DNA from: a virus
Lineage: Duplodnaviria; Heunggongvirae; Uroviricota; Caudoviricetes
IMG/VR virus record: IMGVR_UViG_2718218126_000001
Strand: one strand, 5' to 3'
DNA: 38,732 nt
Part shown: positions 16,774-26,064 of the stretch, piece after piece
Layout of the letters: every line of letters begins with the position of its first letter
How positions within the stretch are numbered: position 1 is the stretch's first letter
The notes under the pieces: generated by a model
Database searches by the model: none
What the model was told of the DNA's origin: nothing
Seen by the model: the letters and a program-made list of their open reading frames with translations, nothing else
Translations under genes and position numbers: made by a program

Positions 16774-17239
16774 ATGGCTAATTGAGGCACGAAAAAATCT
16801 CGGCATTCGGGAAATGAAAGGGAAGCAACATGCTGCAGAAATTGTGCAGTACTGGAAAGATATCAAACGCGGCGGCATTAAGGATGATGAAACCCCGTGG
16901 TGCGCTGCCTTCACCGGAGCAATGCTGGAACGTGTAGGTATTCGCTCAACGCGTTTTGAGTCTGCGAATTCTTATCTCGATTGGGGTAATGAACTGAAGG
17001 AACCCGCCTATGGATGCATTGCTATTCTGTCTCGGTCTGGCGGTGGTCACGTTGGCTTTGTTGTCGGGAAAAATGCCGCCGGGGATTTAATGATTTTGGG
17101 TGGTAACCAGGCAGATGAAGTAAATATCAAAGCTTTTCCTCGTTCCCGCGTAACAGGCTACCGCTGGCCAGCAGGCCAAACTGATGTTCCACAATCACTT
17201 CCATTCGTGAATGCTGAGAAATCTATCTCAGAAGCGTAG
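16760..17239 (+). CDS. Endolysin, cell-wall hydrolase (CHAP/NlpC-P60-like, TIGR02594-type)
   Basis: 159 aa; PWCAAF and GGHVGFVVG motifs; position after the holins; RBS AGGAGA. Confidence 0.6.
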   Translation: MTDPKWLIEARKNLGIREMKGKQHAAEIVQYWKDIKRGGIKDDETPWCAAFTGAMLERVGIRSTRFESANSYLDWGNELKEPAYGCIAILSRSGGGHVGFVVGKNAAGDLMILGGNQADEVNIKAFPRSRVTGYRWPAGQTDVPQSLPFVNAEKSISEA

Positions 17240-17246
17240 GTAAAAC

Positions 17247-17441
17247 GTGAAAAAACTTCTCTTAGCTGTCGCGTTCTTCACGCTGGCAGGCTGCACACAT
17301 TCGACATACACCGAAGCGACTCGCGCTGACGACAGCAGTATTAAACACGTGACGATCGCGCCGGGTACGAAGATTACAACAGCGAACGGTGGTTGTATTG
17401 ATTCAACCGGGGCAGTGGCTTCATGCCCCGTTGGAAAATAG
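17247..17441 (+). CDS. Small lipoprotein, possible outer-membrane spanin component (Rz1-like)
   Basis: 64 aa, GTG start, signal peptide plus lipobox LAGC; no partner inner-membrane spanin recognised. Confidence 0.45.
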   Translation: MKKLLLAVAFFTLAGCTHSTYTEATRADDSSIKHVTIAPGTKITTANGGCIDSTGAVASCPVGK

Positions 17442-17579
17442 GGTAATTTATCTTAATGAATTGACGATTGGTCATTTGGCCCAGGCAACCTGACCACACA
17501 AAGGTGCTAAAGACAGAATCATAAATATGACATATTTTTAAATGCCGATTTAACTGGGTATTTTTTAATAGGAAATTAT

Positions 17580-17858
17580 ATGTCACAGTTTTTGTTCGTT
17601 GGTGGGCCTTTTCACGGTCGTGTTGAAGACATTTATTCTAATTCCGCTATTGAACCCGTAGGTAGCACGGAGTTAAGGGTTTCTGTGGGGGATGAGGTAG
17701 TAATTTATGAACGCTCCGATTTTAGTCGATGGAATGGACCGCATTATCGCGTTGCAGTTGCAAATGGCGCGAGTGAGTTAATTCCTCAGACTATCGACGA
17801 GATGAATTATCACACATCTAAAATTTCTCCTATTTCGAAAGTTACTAGCACTGACTAA
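17580..17858 (+). CDS. Hypothetical protein (92 aa), moron region
   Basis: RBS AGGAAA 7 nt upstream; AT-rich flank. Confidence 0.45.
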   Translation: MSQFLFVGGPFHGRVEDIYSNSAIEPVGSTELRVSVGDEVVIYERSDFSRWNGPHYRVAVANGASELIPQTIDEMNYHTSKISPISKVTSTD

Positions 17859-18196
17859 TAGCCCGGATAGTGACCTTCAAAGATGTGCACGGGATGTTTT
17901 GTACGTGCATATTCAGCAAGGATTTTGTTTGTTAAAGGTGTCTTGAGTGTTGTTGGCTCTTTTAATAGATCGATGGCATCAAGACGCCTTAGTGCATCGC
18001 CCTTCAGATAATTTATCGTAATGGTTGTGATTAAAAAATCACCGCAAAAACCACTGCAATGAATTTTCCAGCACGTATCGTGATTTGTCCATGTGGCATC
18101 AGAGCCGCATACAGGGCAATTTTTTGATTCCTGCATACCAATAACCATAGAGCATTTCTCTTCATTGAATGTTCGAGTTAAAAGCATAGACGACAT
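17855..18196 (-). CDS. Cys-rich zinc-ribbon protein (possibly Lar-like restriction-alleviation type)
   Basis: 113 aa with CPVCG...W...HCSGFC arrangement. Lar assignment is a weak memory-based guess. Confidence 0.4.
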   Translation of the reverse strand: MSSMLLTRTFNEEKCSMVIGMQESKNCPVCGSDATWTNHDTCWKIHCSGFCGDFLITTITINYLKGDALRRLDAIDLLKEPTTLKTPLTNKILAEYARTKHPVHIFEGHYPGY

Positions 18197-18227
18197 CTGG
18201 GCACCATGAGAATACAGTAGGATTTAA

Positions 18228-18398
18228 TTACATGAGCTAACCGGGACTGGGCTTGAGCTTCAGAAGCGATTCCTGTCCGAGTACGTCAAATCATGTGTAT
18301 CACCGAAAGAATGGTGTGACGCGCAGGGACTGAGCTTCGCAACAGCTCGCCGACGTATAAAAAACAACTGCGCAATGTGCCAAAGAGCTGGTGGCTGA
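18228..18398 (+). pseudogene. Remnant of a terminase-small-subunit-like N-terminus (frame-disrupted, no in-frame start)
   Basis: Open frame ...TGLELQKRFLSEYVKSCVSPKEWCDAQGLSFATARRRIK; the ATG at 18232 is out of frame and followed by TAA. Confidence 0.3.
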
Positions 18399-18425
18399 TG
18401 AAAGAGACGCTTTACTTAAACGAGA

Positions 18426-18451
18426 GGCCGCCTTTTTGTTTTAAGGCGGCA
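18426..18451. terminator. GC stem-loop (gccgcc / ggcggc, 12-nt loop); possible terminator for the minus-strand gene upstream
   Basis: gaggccgcctttttgttttaaggcggc; weak T-tract on the minus strand. Confidence 0.25.
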
Positions 18452-18464
18452 CACATTCAACAGG

Positions 18465-18710
18465 TTAAGGTAACCGATTTGACCATTTAGTTGCACGCCA
18501 GTTGTTCTGAATCATAATCTCCTCAAGTATCTCATCTGAAGGCTCTGCTTCGCCGCTTAACCATTCTCTTAAAGTTGGACAATGTAGGTAAGAGGAGTTC
18601 GCACGATAAAAAGATACGATGGCGTCCTCTGATAACTTCTCAGGAAATTTTTTGGGGTCAGCTTCTTTTAATATTACGCTCATTAAGGCTTCGATTTTTT
18701 CTTTGTTCAT
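18465..18710 (-). CDS. Hypothetical protein (81 aa from internal ATG)
   Basis: ORF 18465..19028, but only the C-terminal 81 codons look protein-like; the upstream part crosses AT-rich non-coding-like sequence. Confidence 0.4.
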   Translation of the reverse strand: MNKEKIEALMSVILKEADPKKFPEKLSEDAIVSFYRANSSYLHCPTLREWLSGEAEPSDEILEEIMIQNNWRATKWSNRLP

Positions 18711-18954
18711 TTTTTTTGTGTGCTCATGGTTGTTGCTTTTCTGTAAGAATATCAATAATTTCAAGATATATACACATAGGGAAAACTTTGTTCGGTAGTC
18801 TATCGATACAGCGCAAAAGGATGGCTCGCTGCCAAAGTGAAAGCTTACGCTGATAATGAGATACACAAAGCTGATGTATGCAAACAAGTACGCCGCGAGG
18901 CTACAGTCGAGTTTGATGAACCTGATGCGAGCCCCCGATTCCTGTCCTGAAAGG

Positions 18955-18990
18955 GATATAGCCCCCCTGGTCGCGGGTCCTTTCCGAAAT
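18955..18990. other. Putative cos (cohesive end) region upstream of the Nu1-like gene
   Basis: ccccctggtcgcgggtcctttccg...tttccggtt resembles the lambda cosN/cosB neighbourhood as recalled; exact cut sites not determinable. Confidence 0.25.
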
Positions 18991-19082
18991 TCAAAACACC
19001 GAGGGTCGGTAGACGCGCAAAAACTCACTCATTTTTAGTATTTTTTCATTTTATGTATTTCCGGTTCCGGTGAGGATTTTTA

Positions 19083-19649
19083 ATGGCAAGTCAGGCTGAG
19101 GTCGCAGCACATTTACTGCTATCAGATCGTCGTCTGCGCGATCTCGCAAAACTTCCGGGAGCACCAGTCCCACAAGGACGTGGTGATTGGGAGCTAGACG
19201 CCTGGCGCCATTTCTATATTCATTATCTCCGGAGTAATAGACGCGACACAGTTGGTACTGACGAACCGGAAGTGGGGGACAATTCTCCCGAAAAAAATCG
19301 CGAGCAGTGGCTGAAAAATGAGGAACGACAGGAGCGAATCCTGATGGCTCGCGTGAAACGCCGCATTCTTGCTAAACGCTACGCGCCAATTGAATTAATC
19401 AGCGTCGCTGTATCTCGCGTCGCAGTTGAATTACGTACCCGTGTCGAATCGTGGCCACCACGGTTGAAAAAGGTGTGGCCTGAAATGCCGCAGGAGGCGA
19501 GCAGTGTTTTACGAGAGGAGCTGGCGATAGCCCTGAATGAACTGGCAGACATACGAGTCGACTTCAGCGATTACGATGTCAGCGATATCGAACGCGATCT
19601 CGACAGGGTTGAATCCCTTGCGCGTGACGATACCGATGACGGGGGTTGA
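19083..19649 (+). CDS. Terminase small subunit (Nu1-like), putative
   Basis: 188 aa directly upstream of and overlapping the large terminase gene; weak N-terminal HTH-like similarity. Confidence 0.55.
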   Translation: MASQAEVAAHLLLSDRRLRDLAKLPGAPVPQGRGDWELDAWRHFYIHYLRSNRRDTVGTDEPEVGDNSPEKNREQWLKNEERQERILMARVKRRILAKRYAPIELISVAVSRVAVELRTRVESWPPRLKKVWPEMPQEASSVLREELAIALNELADIRVDFSDYDVSDIERDLDRVESLARDDTDDGG

Positions 19650-21501
19650 GTGGGCTGATAAATATTTTTATCTCCCTGAGGGCTCCAGCCACATCGCTGG
19701 CCACTGGACGACTCAGCCGGTCCAGGTAGTGATGCTCAATATGATGACTAACGACGCGATAAAAATCGTGTCTGTTCGCAAATCAGCTCGTCTCGGTTAT
19801 ACAAAAATACTCGTCGCGGCGCTGCTCTATTTCGCTGAGCACAAAAAACGTAGTGCCGTGGTCTATCAGCCTATCGATGACGAATCGGATGGATTTGTTG
19901 CCGACGAGGTTGACCCCGCTATCGCCGAAATGCCGGTGATTCAGAAAATTTTCCCCGACTGGGATAAAAGCAACGAGCGTAACAATCTCCAGCGTAAAGA
20001 AATGAGCGGCGCGATTATTGATTTTCGCGGCGCGAGTGCACCAGGAAATTTCCGGCGACTAACGAAACAGGTTGTCGAGGGTGACGAAGTTGACGGCTGG
20101 CCGCTGGAAGTTGCCAAAAAAGGCAAAGGCGAGGGCTCGCCCATCGAACTGGCGCTCGTTCGAATTAAAGGGGCAGCGTACCCGAAGGCGATTTTCGGCT
20201 CGACGCCAACCGTCACCGGAAAAAGTCATATTGAAATGCTGGAGGATGCCGCTGACCTGACGTTTCGTTTTTACCTGAAATGTCCGCATTGTGGCGAGGA
20301 GCAGGTCCTGGTATTTGGTTTCGACGGCATCGAATATGGCCTCAAATGGGATAATAGCCTGCAGACAAATGAGGCGAAATCGTCGTCCGCGTATTACCAG
20401 TGCTGCCACTGTCCTGAGCATTTTTACTATCGCGATCTCGAAAAAATGGAGCTCGCGGGGCGCTGGATAGCAGAGGACTGCACCTGGACGCGGGACGGTA
20501 TTCGTTTTTTTGATCACGACGGTGGTGTCGTTCGCGCGCCGAAACACGCGGCGATCGTGATAAACGCCATGTATTCGCTGAATCTCGACGGCTGGGGCGA
20601 GATTGTCAGCGAGTGGCTGAAAGCGAAGGGCGATCCGCTCAAAGAAAAGACGTTTCATAACACGACGCTCGGCGAACTCTGGAGTGACGTAGCCAGCGAG
20701 CAGCTGGAGCACGATATTCTGGTTAATCGCCGGGAAAAATACGCCAGCCAGGTTCCTGACGGTGTTGTTTATCTGACCGGCGGCATCGACTCTCAGACGT
20801 CCGGTCGCTACGAGTGTTACGTGTGGGGCTGGGGAGTGGAGGAGGAGTGCTGGCTGATTGATAAAACAATCGTCCTCGGTCGCTACGACGAGGAGGACAC
20901 GCTGCAGCGCGTCGACGGAGTGATTCGCAAACAATACCGGCGCAGCGACGGGACCACAATCGGCGTCAGTCGCTGGGCGTGGGATACCGGTGGTATAGAT
21001 GCGCAGGTCGTTTATAACCGCTCGCTGAAACTCGGTCCGCTGTGGGTCATTCCAATTAAAGGTGCGAGTTCATACGGTCAGCCAGTCGTAAATATGCCGC
21101 GTACACGTAACGCGAATAAAGTCTATTTGTCGTTAATCGGTACTGATACGGCAAAAGATTTGCTCGCAATGCGCCTGCCGCTGGAACCCGATTCTAAATC
21201 GGCGACACCAAGTGCGATTCATTTTCCCAACGACGACGAAATATTCGGCACGACAGAGGCAAAACAGCTCGTCTCTGAAGTTCTGATCCCGAAACTGATT
21301 AACGGTCGCGTCGTTTATCGCTGGGACAACCAGGGCCGGCGAAATGAGGCGCTCGACTGCTGGGTATACGCGCTGGCAGCGCTACGTATCAGTAAAATTC
21401 GTTTCCAGCTCAATCTCGAGACGCTCGCTGAGCAACGGAAAAAATCACAAAACAAACTGTCTCTCGAGGAGATGGCCAGAATGCTCGGAGGGAGCTCATG
21501 A
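19537..21501 (+). CDS. Terminase large subunit (lambda gpA-like)
   Basis: 654 aa with extensive collinear similarity to lambda A (VEWADKYFYLP, KSARLGYTK, CPHCGEEQ, GIDSQ, WGWG, IPIKGAS, NEALDCWVYALAA). Confidence 0.9.
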   Translation: MNWQTYESTSAITMSAISNAISTGLNPLRVTIPMTGVEWADKYFYLPEGSSHIAGHWTTQPVQVVMLNMMTNDAIKIVSVRKSARLGYTKILVAALLYFAEHKKRSAVVYQPIDDESDGFVADEVDPAIAEMPVIQKIFPDWDKSNERNNLQRKEMSGAIIDFRGASAPGNFRRLTKQVVEGDEVDGWPLEVAKKGKGEGSPIELALVRIKGAAYPKAIFGSTPTVTGKSHIEMLEDAADLTFRFYLKCPHCGEEQVLVFGFDGIEYGLKWDNSLQTNEAKSSSAYYQCCHCPEHFYYRDLEKMELAGRWIAEDCTWTRDGIRFFDHDGGVVRAPKHAAIVINAMYSLNLDGWGEIVSEWLKAKGDPLKEKTFHNTTLGELWSDVASEQLEHDILVNRREKYASQVPDGVVYLTGGIDSQTSGRYECYVWGWGVEEECWLIDKTIVLGRYDEEDTLQRVDGVIRKQYRRSDGTTIGVSRWAWDTGGIDAQVVYNRSLKLGPLWVIPIKGASSYGQPVVNMPRTRNANKVYLSLIGTDTAKDLLAMRLPLEPDSKSATPSAIHFPNDDEIFGTTEAKQLVSEVLIPKLINGRVVYRWDNQGRRNEALDCWVYALAALRISKIRFQLNLETLAEQRKKSQNKLSLEEMARMLGGSS

Positions 21502-21731
21502 TGTCGCGCGAGGTTTTAACAGAACGGCTGCTGGAAGCTGAAATTGCCCTGCACAAATTATTAACGGGTAGATCGACTGTATCGCTGTCTCACGGCGATT
21601 CAGCGGGAAATAACCGGAGCTATCAATACTCACAGGCGAGTATTGAACAGCTCCGAACGTACATTATCGAGCTGAAATCACAGCTCGGTCTGAGTACGGG
21701 ACGCCGCCGTCCCGTGGGAGTTCGATTATGA
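21498..21731 (+). CDS. Head-tail joining protein (lambda gpW-like)
   Basis: 77 aa; EAEIALHKLLTG...IEQLRTYIIELKSQLG resembles lambda W; sits between terminase and portal. Confidence 0.7.
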   Translation: MMSREVLTERLLEAEIALHKLLTGRSTVSLSHGDSAGNNRSYQYSQASIEQLRTYIIELKSQLGLSTGRRRPVGVRL

Positions 21732-23299
21732 CTGCTCAGCAGTTGCTCGGGCCTGACGGTAAAACGCCACTACGCCGTTACGCGGGGTATAACGGCGGCG
21801 GTCCCGGCTTCGGTGGCCAGCTGATTGACTGGAATGCACCACAGCAAAGCGCCGATGCGGCACTGCTGCCTAATTTTTATCGCGGTAACGCGCGAGCAGA
21901 CGATCTCGTTCGTAATAACGGCGTCGCGTCGAACGCCGTGCAGCTGCATCAGGATCATATCGTCGGCAATCTGTTTAAGTTGAGTTATCGCCCTAACTGG
22001 CGTTACATCGGGATATCTCGCGAGGACGCCAGGGCGCTGGCGCGTGACGTTGAGGTCGCGTGGACTGAATACGCCGAGGACCCTCACTGCACGATTGATA
22101 TCGAGCGGAAACGGACGTTCACAATGATGATTCGCGAAGGCGTGGCCACTCACGCGTTCAACGGTGAAACCTGCGTACAACCGGTGTGGGAGAGCTGCGC
22201 CGGCAGCGTTTTTCGGACGCGATTCAAAATGGTCTCACCGAAACGAATTCGAAATCCTGGCTACGCAGCTGACACTCAATTTCGCCGCGCCGGTGTTGAT
22301 ATCGATAAAAACGGGGCCGCGGTTGGGTACTGGATAGCCGAGGATACCTATCCCCTCGGCGGAGTTGGTAAATGCCGGCGCATACCAGCAAAACTCAGCA
22401 GCGGCAGACACGCATTCATTCACATATTCGAGCCGCTCGAGGACGGACAAACCCGCGGAGATAACATTTTTTACAGCGTAATGGAGCGGCTGAAAATGCT
22501 CGATACGCTGCAGCAAACACAGCTGCAGAGCGCCATCGTGAAGGCGATGTACGCCGCCACAATCGAATCAGAGCTCGACAGCCAGCAGGCGTTTGAATAT
22601 ATCGCCGGCGCGGGTACTGATATCGACTCGAACCCGCTGAGTTCGTTTATTCAGAGTTACGTGACGTACTACAACGGCGCAAATATCAAGCTCGGTGGTG
22701 TGAAAGTTCCCCACCTGCATCCCGGCGACAAACTCAGTTTACAGACCGCTCAGAATGCTGATGCTGGTTTCAGTTCGCTGGAAAAATCACTCCTGCGTTA
22801 CGTTGCCGCTGGCGTCGGCGCGTCATATGAGGAACTGAGTCGGGACTACAGCCAGGTCAGTTACTCCAGCGCGCGGGCCAGCGCAAACGTGAGCTGGCGT
22901 TTTTTCATGGGCCGTCGACGTTTTATCGCCGCACGACAGGCGTCACTGATGTTCTGCTGCTGGTTTGAGGAAGCTCTGGCGCGCGGAGTTATCACCCTGC
23001 CACGCTCAGCGGTCCGGTCGTTTTATGAAGCGCGGAACTCCTGGACGAACGCGCTCTGGATCGGCGCTGGTCGCATGGCGATTGATGGGCTGAAAGAGGT
23101 TCAGGAGAGCGCCATGCGCATCACGACTGGCCTCAGCACGTATCAGAACGAACTCGCGCTGCAGGGGCAGGACTACGAGGAGGTCATGGAACAACAGGAA
23201 TACGAAATTCAGCGCCGGCGCGAAATGGAGCTGAGCGAACCATCCTGGTCAGTATCTCACCCCTCAAATACCAACGATAACGGCTGGGGAGGTAACTGA
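21728..23299 (+). CDS. Portal protein (lambda gpB-like)
   Basis: 523 aa; position and size match lambda B; overlapping stop/start with neighbours. Confidence 0.85.
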   Translation: MTAQQLLGPDGKTPLRRYAGYNGGGPGFGGQLIDWNAPQQSADAALLPNFYRGNARADDLVRNNGVASNAVQLHQDHIVGNLFKLSYRPNWRYIGISREDARALARDVEVAWTEYAEDPHCTIDIERKRTFTMMIREGVATHAFNGETCVQPVWESCAGSVFRTRFKMVSPKRIRNPGYAADTQFRRAGVDIDKNGAAVGYWIAEDTYPLGGVGKCRRIPAKLSSGRHAFIHIFEPLEDGQTRGDNIFYSVMERLKMLDTLQQTQLQSAIVKAMYAATIESELDSQQAFEYIAGAGTDIDSNPLSSFIQSYVTYYNGANIKLGGVKVPHLHPGDKLSLQTAQNADAGFSSLEKSLLRYVAAGVGASYEELSRDYSQVSYSSARASANVSWRFFMGRRRFIAARQASLMFCCWFEEALARGVITLPRSAVRSFYEARNSWTNALWIGAGRMAIDGLKEVQESAMRITTGLSTYQNELALQGQDYEEVMEQQEYEIQRRREMELSEPSWSVSHPSNTNDNGWGGN

Positions 23300-24609
23300 T
23301 GCCGTGGAACAATTTTCCGCACCTCGCCGCTAGGGCGTTCAATCAACCGCTTTTGCTGGAGCCCGCCTACGCGCGGGTATTTTTTTCTGCGCTGAGCGAC
23401 CGGTTCGGTACCGGGCGACTGATTGATACAGCGTCAGGAGAGGTAATGAACAGCGACGAAATGAACGCGCTCGCGATGGGGTGGGACAGCAGCGAGCGAA
23501 CACGCCAGAAATCGTATCGCGTGGAGCGTGGTATAGCCGTTCTGCCGGTTACCGGGACGCTGGTTCATAAATTGGGTTATATCAATCCGGTCAGCGGGAT
23601 GAGTGGTTACGACGGAATCGCAAAACGCCTGCAGCAGGCGATTTCTGATCCCGATGTTAAGGGGATCCTGCTGGATATTGATTCCCCTGGCGGTGAGGTC
23701 GCCGGCGCGTTTGATACCGCTGATTTAATCGCCCGGGCGCGAGAGCAAAAACCGGTGTGGGCGCTGGCCAGCGATACGGCCTGCAGCGCCGCATATTTGC
23801 TGGCGTCAGCGTGTTCGCGCCGGCTGATAACGCAGACCGGCACGGTTGGTTCAATCGGTGTCCTGATGGCTCACCGCTGCGTCGAAAAGGCGCTGGAGAT
23901 TGCCGGCGTTGACGTGACGCTGATTTACGCCGGCGCGCACAAAGTCGACGGGAACCCGTATTCCCAGCTGCCCGACGACGTTCGCGACGAATTCCAGCTG
24001 AGTATTAACAGCACACGCGAGCAGTTCGCGCAAAAAGTCTCGGATTATACCGGGCTGAAAAAATCCAGGGTGCTGGCCACAGAGGCCGCAGTATTTATCG
24101 GCGCGGACGCGATTAAATCTGGTCTCGCTGATCAACTCGTTAATTACGCGGACGCTATCGCAGTGATGGCCGACGCACTGAAACCAAAAACGGAGCGATT
24201 TATGCCAGGTACAACAGAAACCACGGCGGAGACCACGACCACAGAACAAACCGCGGCTACGACTACGGTCGCGCCGGTTGAGTCCAACGCGGAGCAGATT
24301 CGCGCGGACGCCGCATCGAGCGAACTGGCACGCGTGATGGCCATCATCAACTGTCCCGAAGCTGTTGGGCGCGAGGCGCAGGCAAAAGCGCTCGCTGCCG
24401 TCCCCGGGATGACGGTCGGGCAGGCGCAGGCTGTCCTCGCGGCAGCACCGCAAACAGCGCAGGCGCGGACAGAAACGGCGCTCGATACACTCATGAGCAC
24501 TGAATCACCGGAAACTATTCAGGATGCCGGCAGCACCACGGCAACAGGAACAACCGCAAACGTCTCGATGCTGGTCGCGGCAGGGCGTTCAATTTTAGGG
24601 GATGAATAA
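23299..24609 (+). CDS. Head maturation protease / scaffold (lambda gpC-like, S49 ClpP-like peptidase)
   Basis: 436 aa; S49-type core (GILLDIDSPGGEV, SAAYLLASAC); Thr/Ala-rich C-terminal region where a nested Nu3-like scaffold would lie. Confidence 0.8.
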   Translation: MPWNNFPHLAARAFNQPLLLEPAYARVFFSALSDRFGTGRLIDTASGEVMNSDEMNALAMGWDSSERTRQKSYRVERGIAVLPVTGTLVHKLGYINPVSGMSGYDGIAKRLQQAISDPDVKGILLDIDSPGGEVAGAFDTADLIARAREQKPVWALASDTACSAAYLLASACSRRLITQTGTVGSIGVLMAHRCVEKALEIAGVDVTLIYAGAHKVDGNPYSQLPDDVRDEFQLSINSTREQFAQKVSDYTGLKKSRVLATEAAVFIGADAIKSGLADQLVNYADAIAVMADALKPKTERFMPGTTETTAETTTTEQTAATTTVAPVESNAEQIRADAASSELARVMAIINCPEAVGREAQAKALAAVPGMTVGQAQAVLAAAPQTAQARTETALDTLMSTESPETIQDAGSTTATGTTANVSMLVAAGRSILGDE

Positions 24610-24938
24610 TGACCACAGAAACGTATAGCCCGGATGATTTTATTCTGGGACCCGATCTTGTTGTGACGACCGTCGGTCATTTTCAGGGCGGGATCAACGT
24701 ACCCCGGCTGACACCGATTATGCTCGACGCTACTGCCGGGACGTTTAAAGTCTGGGACGGCTCAATTGGTAAGGCGGTTGGTCTCACAGCCACAGCAGTT
24801 AATACAGGCTCCAGTTCTGCAGACTGCTCGTACTACAAATCAGGATCGTTTCGTTATACGGCGATTAACTGGGGTACGGTTACTGACGTCGCTAAACGCA
24901 AATCAGCGTTTGCTGGTACGCCAGTCAGCGTTGGCTGA
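24609..24938 (+). CDS. Head decoration protein (lambda gpD-like)
   Basis: 109 aa; YKSGSFRY...KRKSAFAGTPVSVG resembles the lambda D C-terminus. Confidence 0.8.
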   Translation: MTTETYSPDDFILGPDLVVTTVGHFQGGINVPRLTPIMLDATAGTFKVWDGSIGKAVGLTATAVNTGSSSADCSYYKSGSFRYTAINWGTVTDVAKRKSAFAGTPVSVG

Positions 24939-24962
24939 TAGCAAAAAAAAAACTCAAAACAA

Positions 24963-24984
24963 GCCGCCTCCGGGCGGTTTTTTT
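24963..24984 (+). terminator. Intrinsic terminator-like hairpin plus T7 run between D and E
   Basis: gccgcctccgggcgg followed by ttttttt. Confidence 0.5.
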
Positions 24985-24999
24985 ATACAGGATATATAA

Positions 25000-26034
25000 A
25001 TGAGCGATTCGTTTACTACGTCAGAACTGATTACCGCAACGCAGCAGGTATTTAAGTTCAATCCGTTGTTTTTAAGATTGTTTTTCCGTGAGACCTACAC
25101 GTTTACGAGCGAAGAGGTTTTTCTGGATAAAATCCCGGGCAAAGTCAATATGGCGGTATATTGCGCGCCGATGATCACCGGCAAAGTTGACCGCACTCGC
25201 GGCTATTCAACGAACCATTTCAAACCGGGTTACACGAAGCCGAAACACACGATCAATCCGAATATGAGCATTAAGCGCGCCGCCGGTGAGCAAATTGGTC
25301 AGCCGGAAACGCCGGTCGAACGTCGTGCAAAAATCATCATGCAGAACCTGCTCGACGAGGAACTCAGCATCAGTCAGCTCGAAGAGTTCCAGGCAGTGCA
25401 GGCGGTTCTGTACGGTAAATACACAGTCTCCGGCAGCAATATCGAGACCTATGAGATCGATATGAGCCGCAGCGCGACGAATAACGTCACTCAGTCCGGT
25501 TCGACAGCCTGGTCTACTCAGGACGCGGAAACGTATGACCCGAGCGACGATATCGAATCCTATGCAGACCTCGCCTCCGGTGCTGTTAACGTGATCATCA
25601 TGGACGGTAAAGCCTGGAAGCAGTTGAAGCGCTTTAAAAAATTCTGGACGGCACTGGATACGCGCCGTGGCTCAAACAGCCAGCTCGAAGTCGCGCTGAA
25701 AAACCTGGGCGATGTCGTTAGCTTTAAGGGCTATTACGGCGACACGGCGCTGTTCGTTTACAAGGGGCAATATATTGACCCTGTAACAGGCATTGAAACG
25801 CGTTATATGCCGGATAACACGATGATCCTGGGCAACACAAAAAATCGCGGACTCCGCACGTATGGCGCGATTCAGGACGAAGACGCGCTGAAAGAGGGGA
25901 TCTGCGAGGCCACGCGCTATCCAAAAGTCTGGACGACGACCGGTGATCCGGCAGTGACGCAGACAATGACTCAATCCGCGCCAGCAATGGTGCTCACGGA
26001 CGCTGATGCATTCGTCGTCGTAAAAATCGCGTAA
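25000..26034 (+). CDS. Major capsid protein (lambda gpE-like)
   Basis: 344 aa collinear with lambda E (FKFNPLFLRLFFRE, PGYTKPKH, LDTRRGSNS, LPDNTMILGNT, RTYGAIQD). Confidence 0.9.
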   Translation: MSDSFTTSELITATQQVFKFNPLFLRLFFRETYTFTSEEVFLDKIPGKVNMAVYCAPMITGKVDRTRGYSTNHFKPGYTKPKHTINPNMSIKRAAGEQIGQPETPVERRAKIIMQNLLDEELSISQLEEFQAVQAVLYGKYTVSGSNIETYEIDMSRSATNNVTQSGSTAWSTQDAETYDPSDDIESYADLASGAVNVIIMDGKAWKQLKRFKKFWTALDTRRGSNSQLEVALKNLGDVVSFKGYYGDTALFVYKGQYIDPVTGIETRYMPDNTMILGNTKNRGLRTYGAIQDEDALKEGICEATRYPKVWTTTGDPAVTQTMTQSAPAMVLTDADAFVVVKIA

Positions 26035-26053
26035 GAGCCGAAAGGCTCTTTTT
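26034..26053 (+). terminator. Rho-independent terminator after the capsid gene
   Basis: agagcc-gaaa-ggctct followed by tttt. Confidence 0.55.
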
Positions 26054-26064
26054 AAGGAATCAAC

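Noticed and set aside
18711-19038. N-terminal extension of ORF 18465..19028 and 60-aa plus ORF 18856..19038
   Set aside because: AT-rich non-coding-like sequence overlapping the putative cos region; only the C-terminal 81 codons look like a gene.
20059-20934. 291-aa minus-strand ORF and other antisense ORFs within head and tail genes
   Set aside because: Antisense to well-supported structural genes; Arg/Ala-rich translations typical of GC-rich antisense frames.
23607-24500. Minus-strand ORFs (65-200 aa) inside the protease/scaffold gene
   Set aside because: Antisense to gpC-like gene; Cys/Arg-rich low-complexity translations.
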